Below are positions 1-7,025 of a DNA stretch of 64,000 nt, one piece after another (the stretch's first letter is position 1; every line of letters begins with the position of its first letter). Both the position numbers and the translations under genes were made by a program. The notes beneath the pieces are model-generated. The model was not told the DNA's origin and made no database searches. It worked only from the letters and a program-made list of their open reading frames with translations. Source of the stretch: a virus; the IMG/VR virus record IMGVR_UViG_3300025141_016375, positions 1 to 64,000 of that record. One strand, 5' to 3'.

Positions 1-93
1 GACGTTGCAGTGAGCGAAAGATCTAAACATCTGGATATAATATTCAGCGAAAATCCTCCGCGGGCAGACCAGAAGTATATAAAAGTCTATTAG
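1..93 (+). CDS. Possible 3' end of a truncated upstream CDS
   Basis: Frame 1 is open from base 1 to TAG at 91-93 (DVAVSERSKHLDIIFSENPPRADQKYIKVY*), just before the next gene. Confidence 0.35.
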   Translation, partial: DVAVSERSKHLDIIFSENPPRADQKYIKVY

Positions 94-100
94 GAACAAG

Positions 101-493
101 ATGAAACTATTAATTGAAAATTGGCGACAATATTTAAGTGAACGAATAGATTCTTTGCCTCCTCGCAAAGATGAGCCGTGGGATATTGGGGAAACCTTCG
201 TTCCTATTACAAAATTAGACATTATTGAAAAGCCTGCAGTGATGCCCCAAGAAAAAAATACACTTTTAAATCAATTTGATGCCCTGCAGGCCACAGATAA
301 TACCGATCCCTTCAAAGGAATCACTATACAAAACGTTTTAGATTCCATTTATAGCTTAAGTGGCAATTCCGATGATTTTAAATACGAGACCAAAGAGGAC
401 GCATGGAAAGATTATATTGATCCCTATCGATATGAGAGAAAATCGTTGAGGGATTATCACCGTAAAATTAAAAAAATCCTGCGCAATCGTTAA
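101..493 (+). CDS. Hypothetical protein with an MKLLxENWRxYLxE leader; possible head-packaged protein
   Basis: ORF with AGGA upstream. The N-terminus MKLLIENWRQYLSE resembles a leader type I recognise from large-phage proteins. Confidence 0.7.
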   Translation: MKLLIENWRQYLSERIDSLPPRKDEPWDIGETFVPITKLDIIEKPAVMPQEKNTLLNQFDALQATDNTDPFKGITIQNVLDSIYSLSGNSDDFKYETKEDAWKDYIDPYRYERKSLRDYHRKIKKILRNR

Positions 494-526
494 CAAATGT
501 AAAACCGGTTTATTAATATCACCATT

Positions 527-535
527 ACTATTTAT
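527..535 (+). promoter_or_regulatory. Putative phage late promoter ACTATTTAT
   Basis: Intergenic copy of the recurring RCTAWTTA motif, about 25 nt before the ATG at 560. Confidence 0.55.
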
Positions 536-559
536 TAAAGAAATTGGAGTGCCATTTAA

Positions 560-1342
560 ATGCCTTGTGATATTACTAATAATTCTCCCTACGACACATC
601 TTCTATAGAAAAAATGGCGCATAGCTTATATCCCTTTGCTCAAAAACGCATGGGATTCCATAAGCCCCCCCAAATGGTCTTTGATTCAGACCCAGAGAAT
701 GCTAAAAATATTTTAGGCAAAACGGCCCAATATGAGCCTGGGACGATGACCATTACAATTTTTGTTAATGATCGTCACCCTAAAGACATTTTGAGATCTC
801 TCGCCCATGAGTTAGTTCACCATGCGCAAAATTGCAGAGGCGAATTTGAAAACGGCGGTGCCACCGACGTGGGCTACGCACAGACAGATGATCACATGCG
901 CGAAATGGAACGAGAAGCCTACGAAGTTGGCAACATGTGCTTTAGAGACTGGGAAGACGGTATAAAATCGCAAATGCCATTACACGAAACTATTTATAAA
1001 CAGCTACTGAAAAAAGGAGATAGCTACATGTCTACGAAAAATTGGAAAAATGCCGAGCTTAATACCCTCCTCATGGAGAAATGGGGCTTTAAAGCTAAAG
1101 AGGAAAAAGAAGTTCTCAAAGAAGAAGTCGAAGCCTTCATGAATATGAAGTCGGACTATAATACAGGACAAAAAGAAATTCCCAAAGACGCTCTGGAAGA
1201 GGAGGACGAGGAAGAATTTAAAGTTGATTCGGACCACCCTCATGGCTCGGAAAGCCGTCAAGAAGTATTAGACCAGCTGGATGAAAAAGTATTACGCAGC
1301 GTTATTCGCCGAGCTTTGCAAAAATCATTGCAGGCACAATAA
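560..1342 (+). CDS. Zincin-like metallopeptidase (HExxH) with acidic C-terminal region
   Basis: SLAHELVHHAQ followed by EREAY (candidate third zinc ligand). Ends with LRSVIRRAL. Confidence 0.7.
   Translation: MPCDITNNSPYDTSSIEKMAHSLYPFAQKRMGFHKPPQMVFDSDPENAKNILGKTAQYEPGTMTITIFVNDRHPKDILRSLAHELVHHAQNCRGEFENGGATDVGYAQTDDHMREMEREAYEVGNMCFRDWEDGIKSQMPLHETIYKQLLKKGDSYMSTKNWKNAELNTLLMEKWGFKAKEEKEVLKEEVEAFMNMKSDYNTGQKEIPKDALEEEDEEEFKVDSDHPHGSESRQEVLDQLDEKVLRSVIRRALQKSLQAQ
989..1030 (+). promoter_or_regulatory. Internal late-promoter motif, RBS and in-frame ATG (nested start)
   Basis: ACTATTTAT at 989-997, AAGGAG at 1014-1019, in-frame ATG at 1028. Confidence 0.45.
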
Positions 1343-1345
1343 ATC

Positions 1346-1597
1346 ATGAAAATCGATTTAAATAAAATGACCAGGCGGTTTTTATTTGGTGAATCGAAAG
1401 CAAGACCTTCAGTGCGAGCTTATGCCGAATCTATTCTAAATATTTTAGAAACCTTTGCGCCTCGCTCTCAAAGAGAAAGTAGACAAGTATCTATTGCCAA
1501 ACAGCACCTCAATGAAATTAAAAAGTTAAATCGTAGATTAGAAGAAAAACTCAATTTGCTTGAAGAGCAAATTAAAGTATTAGAAGAAGGAAAGTAA
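1346..1597 (+). CDS. Hypothetical protein with C-terminal coiled coil
   Basis: Tightly packed ORF; heptad-like LNEIKKLNRRLEEKLNLLEEQIKVLEE. Confidence 0.75.
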   Translation: MKIDLNKMTRRFLFGESKARPSVRAYAESILNILETFAPRSQRESRQVSIAKQHLNEIKKLNRRLEEKLNLLEEQIKVLEEGK

Positions 1598-1598
1598 T

Positions 1599-3683
1599 AT
1601 GGGAGGCGTTGCAGGCCATTTAGCTCATCTCTATGACAATAGGGATTTATCTTACAACAATATCAAAAATATTCTCTCTCAAGCTGCAGCGGGCGAACTA
1701 GTCGGCACAGAAAAAACTGATGGCTATAATATTTATTTGGGTTATGTAAACGGACTTCCTCGTGCTGCCCGCAATAAAGGCGATATGGCCAAAGGCGGTA
1801 TGACTTTTGAAGATTTGGTTAATCGTGAATTTCAAGGTGGCACAAAGGCCAAAAACGCCTATTTAAAAGCCTTCCAATCCTATAAAAAAGCGGTTGATTC
1901 TCTGTCCGATAGCGAAAAAGCCACTATCTTTGGACCCGATGGAGAGGTATTTTATAATGCCGAGATTCAAGGGCCTTCCGCTCAAAATGTAGTCAATTAT
2001 GATGACGATATTATCAGCATTCATCGCATGGGGCATAAATTATATAATGCCGAAACTAATACTGTAGATCAAGTAGATACTCCCGAAGGATCCGTGTTGT
2101 TGGATAACCTTGTGGAGCGCTTCGAAGAGGCGACAGCAGATGAGCCATTCTCTGTGCGCCGCACTGCTTTTTTAGAATTAAATAAATTAGACGATGGCCA
2201 TGATTTGAATATTGCCCTTGAAAGAATCCAAAAAGCTGGTTTAACAGGGAACATGACCATTGGCGAATATTTAGAAAATCGCCTTAAGGAAGCATCTTCC
2301 GAAGAATTAGGCTTTTTAAGCGAAGATATCCAACAACAAGTTATTGATCGCATTCTCAAAAAAGAAGGTTTCTTGGGCCTCAACAAAATTTACAAAGGGT
2401 TTCCGGATGACGTAAAAAGGCGCATCAAAGAATTTGTTGAGCAATCTCCCCTTCTAATCAAAACGGCCATCTGGCCCATTGAAATGGCCATCCACGATTT
2501 TGCAGTTGAACTTTTAAAAGGAGTTCAGAGCGCTTATATTTTAGATAATGATGCCCAAGTTGACAATCTTAAGTCCCAAGTTGAACAAGCGATTCGTGCT
2601 ATTCAAACACATCGGGGTCCATATCAAGAAGACATGTTCGCTATATTAGAGCAACAACTAGAAAAACTCAAACACCATGACAAGATTGATACGGTTGTAG
2701 AAGGATTTGTTTTTCAAGTCGGAGATCAGATGTATAAGTTTACTGGTAATTTTGCGCCAGTAAATCAACTATTAGGTCTTTTTAAATATGGAAGAGGAAA
2801 CATCCCCCCTCTTAATTTGGATGCCAACGAACTAGAAGCCGGAGAAGAAAAAGAAAAGAGAATCATTGCTATTTATCCAGGTCGCTTCCAACCCATGGGC
2901 CAACATCACGCAGAGACATTTAAACGCATTCAAGAAGAGTTTGGCCCCGAAAACACATTTATTGCCACGTCAAATGTTGTTAATGCGCCTAAATCTCCTC
3001 TTAATTTCGCTGAAAAGCAATTAGTCATGATGGAACACGGAATATCGCCTGACAACGTTGTGGAGGTCAAAAATCCTTACAATGCGGCCGAAATCCTAGA
3101 GAAGTTTGATCCTAATACAACAGCGGTTACATATGTGGTTGGAGAAAAGGATATGCAAGAAGACGCCCGTTTTGGGAAATTAGGCGGCACAACTAAAGAT
3201 GGAACGCCACGATATTTTCGTAATTATGCCGAAGAAGAGGGCGAACTCAAGGGTCACGATAAACATGGTTACATCAAAGTGGCGCCACATGTTTCAATTG
3301 ATATTCCCGAAGTAGGCGAGATGTCTGGTACTAATTTGCGCAAAGTTTTGCGAGATGCTGACGAAGAAACGTTTAAAAGAGTTATGGGATGGTATGATCC
3401 TGAAATTCATGAATTGTTAAAAAGCAAATTTGGAGCCATGGCCCTAGAGGAGACCCAGTTTAATCTGGGAATATTTCGTGGGTTAGTTGACGAAATTCTT
3501 GCTGAAGAAGATGAAGACTTAGAAGAGATTTCTTCGGCTGGGGGTGGTTCAAATGTGGGGTTTGCTGGTGGCTTAAGTGTTTTGCCGCGGAAAAGAAACC
3601 GCAAACGTAAGAAAAAGAAAAAAATAGACGAAATGGTTAATGAATTTTATGACTATTTATTACACACGCTTAAGGGGAATTAA
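1599..3683 (+). CDS. Fusion of an RNA-ligase-like nucleotidyltransferase domain and a HIGH-superfamily cytidylyl/adenylyltransferase-like domain
   Basis: N-terminal half has EKTDG (motif I), NAEI (III), EGFVF (IV) and YKF (V). C-terminal half has IAIYPGRFQPMGQHH, SPLNFAEK, VVGEKD and MSGTNLR. Confidence 0.7.
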   Translation: MGGVAGHLAHLYDNRDLSYNNIKNILSQAAAGELVGTEKTDGYNIYLGYVNGLPRAARNKGDMAKGGMTFEDLVNREFQGGTKAKNAYLKAFQSYKKAVDSLSDSEKATIFGPDGEVFYNAEIQGPSAQNVVNYDDDIISIHRMGHKLYNAETNTVDQVDTPEGSVLLDNLVERFEEATADEPFSVRRTAFLELNKLDDGHDLNIALERIQKAGLTGNMTIGEYLENRLKEASSEELGFLSEDIQQQVIDRILKKEGFLGLNKIYKGFPDDVKRRIKEFVEQSPLLIKTAIWPIEMAIHDFAVELLKGVQSAYILDNDAQVDNLKSQVEQAIRAIQTHRGPYQEDMFAILEQQLEKLKHHDKIDTVVEGFVFQVGDQMYKFTGNFAPVNQLLGLFKYGRGNIPPLNLDANELEAGEEKEKRIIAIYPGRFQPMGQHHAETFKRIQEEFGPENTFIATSNVVNAPKSPLNFAEKQLVMMEHGISPDNVVEVKNPYNAAEILEKFDPNTTAVTYVVGEKDMQEDARFGKLGGTTKDGTPRYFRNYAEEEGELKGHDKHGYIKVAPHVSIDIPEVGEMSGTNLRKVLRDADEETFKRVMGWYDPEIHELLKSKFGAMALEETQFNLGIFRGLVDEILAEEDEDLEEISSAGGGSNVGFAGGLSVLPRKRNRKRKKKKKIDEMVNEFYDYLLHTLKGN
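3652..3660 (+). promoter_or_regulatory. Putative late promoter ACTATTTAT
   Basis: Motif about 24 nt upstream of the ATG at 3684, embedded in the end of the previous gene. Confidence 0.5.
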
Positions 3684-4526
3684 ATGATTGACCGTCACAA
3701 AGCATTAAATGAATTAAAAGAGGAACAGCGTCTACGTGAATTTGTTCGCAAAGGATTGAAGCTTTATTTTGAGCAGAAAAAAATTCAACGACCACAACAA
3801 ATAAACGAAGAGCAACGATTGCGCCAAAATATTCAAAAATTAGTGAGCGAAGTCAAAGAAGAAGAAAGATTAAGAAGCGTTGTGCGAGACCTTATTCGCG
3901 AAGTATCGAAAACAGACGTTCCCGTTGAACAGCCCCATGTTAACACTGGAATTAACGTGCTGGAAGATCTTTTAAGAAATATTATCCCTCAAGTTGAAAG
4001 TGGTTATAAAGCTTTAACAAGCGCAAAAGAACAACGGGTGTCTTTTAGAGCGCACATGCTTAACGCTGTAGAAAATACTCTTCTGCCTGCTGAAGTAGTT
4101 GCTGGAGTTCCACATGATGAAGAAGAAGTAGACGTTGTAGAGCTTGACGAACAAGACATCACAATGGATATTGGCGATGACGAAGACAAATTCATTCCCG
4201 TAAGAGATGTAGATCTAGAACCTGAAGAAGAAGTAGAAGTAGAAGAAGACGAGTTTAGTATTGAAGGTGAAGATTTAACAGGAAGAAACTTCGCTGCTAA
4301 TACCTGGAATAAAGTGGAAAAACAAACTCTTGATGCTTTCGAAAGCCTAGGCGATGAAGAAGACAGAGAGCTTTTTAAAGATTATCTTTTAACCAATCTT
4401 AAACTTTATTTTGATAAATTTGAAGAAGAACTTCAAGCTAACCTATCAGAACCTGAATCTCCAGATTACGAAATGGCCGCTACCACTGCTGTAGAAGAGC
4501 CTGTAGAAGACATCCCTGCCTTATAG
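3684..4526 (+). CDS. Acidic hypothetical protein with three N-terminal EE(Q/E)RLR repeats; possible internal head or scaffold protein
   Basis: Repeats EEQRLREFVR, EEQRLRQNIQ and EEERLRSVVR; the rest is very rich in E and D. Confidence 0.75.
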   Translation: MIDRHKALNELKEEQRLREFVRKGLKLYFEQKKIQRPQQINEEQRLRQNIQKLVSEVKEEERLRSVVRDLIREVSKTDVPVEQPHVNTGINVLEDLLRNIIPQVESGYKALTSAKEQRVSFRAHMLNAVENTLLPAEVVAGVPHDEEEVDVVELDEQDITMDIGDDEDKFIPVRDVDLEPEEEVEVEEDEFSIEGEDLTGRNFAANTWNKVEKQTLDAFESLGDEEDRELFKDYLLTNLKLYFDKFEEELQANLSEPESPDYEMAATTAVEEPVEDIPAL

Positions 4527-4546
4527 TTTAATTTTCAAAGAACTTA

Positions 4547-4555
4547 TGTTATAAT
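4547..4555 (+). promoter_or_regulatory. Sigma70-type extended -10 element (TGnTATAAT)
   Basis: TGTTATAAT in the intergenic gap upstream of the Fis-like gene and tmRNA. A small inverted repeat ATATGC-N6-GCATAT lies at 4574-4591. Confidence 0.5.
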
Positions 4556-4608
4556 CATTTTAAGAAAGAAGACATATGCACTTTAGCATATCAATTTTGA
4601 TTTTTTAA

Positions 4609-5001
4609 ATGGTTTGGAAAAAACGAAAAAAGTACTATGGTTTATATGAAAAGTATAGTATAATAAATAAATATAAGAAAGAAGATAAGCTTAATAATAG
4701 TATATTAAATTATATTAACAATATTTCTTTAGAAGACCTTATAGCTATTAAGTTAGAATTATCAACAAGAATCTTAAGTGGTAAATATTATGGTTTACCC
4801 TTATGGCATTCAATTCGTCATTTAACTGCTGATGCAATCCTAAAAACAGCAGTGAGTGTTTGTAGAACGAAGAGTGAAGCTTCTAGGTTTTTAGGAATGG
4901 ATTATACAGATTTCCGAAAACTAATTAAAAAATATAAAACAGAATCATTTTTTGAAGATGAAAGGAATGGGGGCGAAACGGTTTCGACGGAGGACGAATA
5001 A
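4609..5001 (+). CDS. Fis-like helix-turn-helix DNA-binding protein
   Basis: AILKTAVSVCRTKSEASRFLGMDYTDFRKLIKKY follows the Fis/HTH_8 pattern (AAxxLGIxRxTLxxKLKKY). The last 10 codons and the stop lie inside the tmRNA. Confidence 0.7.
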   Translation: MVWKKRKKYYGLYEKYSIINKYKKEDKLNNSILNYINNISLEDLIAIKLELSTRILSGKYYGLPLWHSIRHLTADAILKTAVSVCRTKSEASRFLGMDYTDFRKLIKKYKTESFFEDERNGGETVSTEDE

Positions 5002-5348
5002 AATAGCGTGCAAAACTGTGTGGGTAACACAGTAAAAATACTCAAACTTTATAAATGCCAACGATAACGTTGAATTTGATTTTGCCTTAGCGGCTTAATC
5101 GGAAGTTGTTAATAGCTTTCTTAAAAAATATTAACCGTTTTCAATTTTCAGAAAAATTGGTGGTGCGCGCAGTAGGTATTTGGTCATTTTTATGACTATA
5201 TATTTTCGGCAGCCAGCGCCATGAGCTGGTGAATGGATTCCCTGACCTTGGTCGGGTGGTTGGTGCTTAGGCGGTTCATGCACCTACTTTTGTGAATGAC
5301 GGTATTTCTGCAGTTTTTCGGACCCGGGTTCGACTCCCGGCGCCTCCA
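4969..5348 (+). ncRNA. ssrA: tmRNA (one-piece); tag peptide ANDNVEFDFALAA at 5057-5098
   Basis: Acceptor stem GGGGGCG (4969-4975) pairs with CGCCTCC (5341-5347), with a G3:U wobble and discriminator A5348. Other elements: GGTTTCGAC at the 5' end, T-arm CCGGGTTCGACTCCCGG, PK1-like pairings ACTGTG/CACAGT and TGGGTA/TACTCA, and a tag ORF ending ALAA*. CCA is not encoded. Confidence 0.96.
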
Positions 5349-5363
5349 CTTAATTAACTTTCT

Positions 5364-5372
5364 ACTAATTAT
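5364..5372 (+). promoter_or_regulatory. Putative late promoter ACTAATTAT
   Basis: Motif between the tmRNA and the tubulin-like gene, followed by an AAGGAG RBS. Confidence 0.55.
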
Positions 5373-5395
5373 ATTATATTCCAAGGAGATTTGTT

Positions 5396-6520
5396 ATGAC
5401 AGATGACATTGAAAATGTAGAGGAAGGTGCACAGCCAGAAGAGACGCCAACAGCGGAAAGTTGGGATCTTCCGGACGATGCTCCATTTGGCCTAGACGAT
5501 TTTGATTTCGTAGAGGCTTATGACGACGAGCCGTCCGAGGACGACCGCATGCTAGGAGAAAACACCGCGCCCAGCGCAATTAATTGTGCATTTATCGGCG
5601 TCGGTGGCGGCGGCGGAAAGATGGCCAAAGCCTTTTTGGATTTAGGCTTTAATAAAACTCTTTTAATCAACACGACTGCAAAGGATCAGCCTACGGGTGT
5701 ACCTGCAGAAAATTTTCTTTTAATCCCCGGCGCCGATGGCGTAGCTAAAGACATTAAGCTCGGTAAAGAAGTTTTAGGCGATAATAGCACTTTTGTGGAA
5801 GATGCTTTACGCACACGAATTGGTAAAGTAGATTGGATTTTTGTATTAGCTGGTGGAGGCGGCGGCACCGGAAGTGCGAGTTCCGTGTTGCATGATTGTA
5901 TTACACGTTATTTAACCTCAATTGAGGCCGAAGGTAAAGTTATTTATATTACGAGTAAGCCCAGCGCGCAAGAACTTTTGAACCCTACTATTAAAAATAA
6001 TTGCCAGTCGCTTTTCAAAGACATCCATAATCATCCGCACATTGTCATTGACAATGAAAAACAACTCCAATTATTACGCGGTAAAGTGGGAATGTTGAAT
6101 ATGTATCCAGCCGCTAATAGAAATTTTGCAAAGTTATTAGCCCAAGTTTTAAAGCTGGCTAACGAGCCCTCTCCTATTCAGGCGTTTGATTCCAAGGATT
6201 TGGAAAGATGTTTGCGCACTGGTGGAAGAATGTTGTTAGGCAGTACAGTTGCACGAGATGTTTCTGCTCATGATTTAGGGGCAAATGTGTTTCAAGGGTG
6301 CCTCCGTTCTTCTCCGTGCCCTCCCCCTACGCGCAACCCAAAAACGGGAGTATTGCTTTTAATTGTGACACCTGAAATGGGAGATGATCCGCGAGTGAGT
6401 AATCGCTTAGAAGCGGCTTTTTCTTATGTGGGTGGTCGCACCGAAACATTATTTTCCGGGGTGTATGTTGCACCCCGTCTTCCTGGTTTAATTGCCTTAA
6501 CGCTTTTAGGCGGAATGTAG
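5396..6520 (+). CDS. Tubulin/FtsZ-superfamily GTPase with an acidic N-terminal extension
   Basis: FIGVGGGGGK (T1), LINT, GADGVAKD (T3), LAGGGGGTGSAS (T4 signature), IDNE, and AFDSKDL (T7-like). Confidence 0.9.
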   Translation: MTDDIENVEEGAQPEETPTAESWDLPDDAPFGLDDFDFVEAYDDEPSEDDRMLGENTAPSAINCAFIGVGGGGGKMAKAFLDLGFNKTLLINTTAKDQPTGVPAENFLLIPGADGVAKDIKLGKEVLGDNSTFVEDALRTRIGKVDWIFVLAGGGGGTGSASSVLHDCITRYLTSIEAEGKVIYITSKPSAQELLNPTIKNNCQSLFKDIHNHPHIVIDNEKQLQLLRGKVGMLNMYPAANRNFAKLLAQVLKLANEPSPIQAFDSKDLERCLRTGGRMLLGSTVARDVSAHDLGANVFQGCLRSSPCPPPTRNPKTGVLLLIVTPEMGDDPRVSNRLEAAFSYVGGRTETLFSGVYVAPRLPGLIALTLLGGM

Positions 6521-6592
6521 GCTAAAAATAATATTTAAAATAGTATTTGATTGTTGATAAAATTAGGTATATTTTATTAATGAGAGGGTCTT

Positions 6593-6841
6593 ATGGATAC
6601 TAAGAACTGGCAGTCGGCGGGCGTTTTTAAGACATTTGAGGAAGCTGATCAAAAACGCGATGAATTAAAAGAAAAATTTGATTTAGTCAAGGTAAAGCGA
6701 TGTGGTCGCGCCGGAAACCTTTTTCGGGTTAAAACATGGACACAACCCCTTCCGCCTAAAAAAGAAAAAACTACTGTTAAGTCCAAATATAAAAAAGGTA
6801 AAAAAAATGCCCACCTTCGCTCTGGACCGCAAGGGGAATAA
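6593..6841 (+). CDS. Small basic hypothetical protein
   Basis: ATG with GAGAGG upstream; lysine-rich. Confidence 0.6.
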   Translation: MDTKNWQSAGVFKTFEEADQKRDELKEKFDLVKVKRCGRAGNLFRVKTWTQPLPPKKEKTTVKSKYKKGKKNAHLRSGPQGE

Positions 6842-7025
6842 AATATATACTGGCACATGCGTTCTTTATAAGAATAGATCCTTTATTATAGAAAGCATGC
6901 ACGACCCTTTGTATTGGAATCGTGAACAGTATATCACCCTTGTAGATAAAAAGAACAAAAATAAAAAGATCGAATTCGTCTTACCTCAAGATGTCGTTAA
7001 GATAAGAACCCAAAGGAATGCATGA
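6807..7025 (+). CDS. Small hypothetical protein (start reassigned to MPTFALD)
   Basis: ATG at 6807 follows AAGG. The stop overlaps the next start as ATGA. Confidence 0.6.
   Translation: MPTFALDRKGNKIYTGTCVLYKNRSFIIESMHDPLYWNREQYITLVDKKNKNKKIEFVLPQDVVKIRTQRNA

Noticed and set aside
5320-5350. Stand-alone tRNA-Ala
   Set aside because: The T-arm and acceptor strand pair with 4969-4975 and flank a tag ORF, so this is the tmRNA 3' end.
5196-5384. Minus-strand 62 aa ORF containing WRRRESNPGP
   Set aside because: It is the antisense shadow of the tmRNA T-arm and acceptor stem, a classic false ORF.
5396-6520. Cellular ftsZ or evidence for a phage nucleus
   Set aside because: There is no dcw-cluster context or FtsZ C-terminal peptide, and no chimallin-like gene is recognisable in this window.
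6791-6841. Programmed frameshift at the A-runs joining 6593-6841 and 6807-7025
   Set aside because: The shift would be +1 with no obvious stimulator, and the second ORF has its own ATG and RBS-like AAGG.
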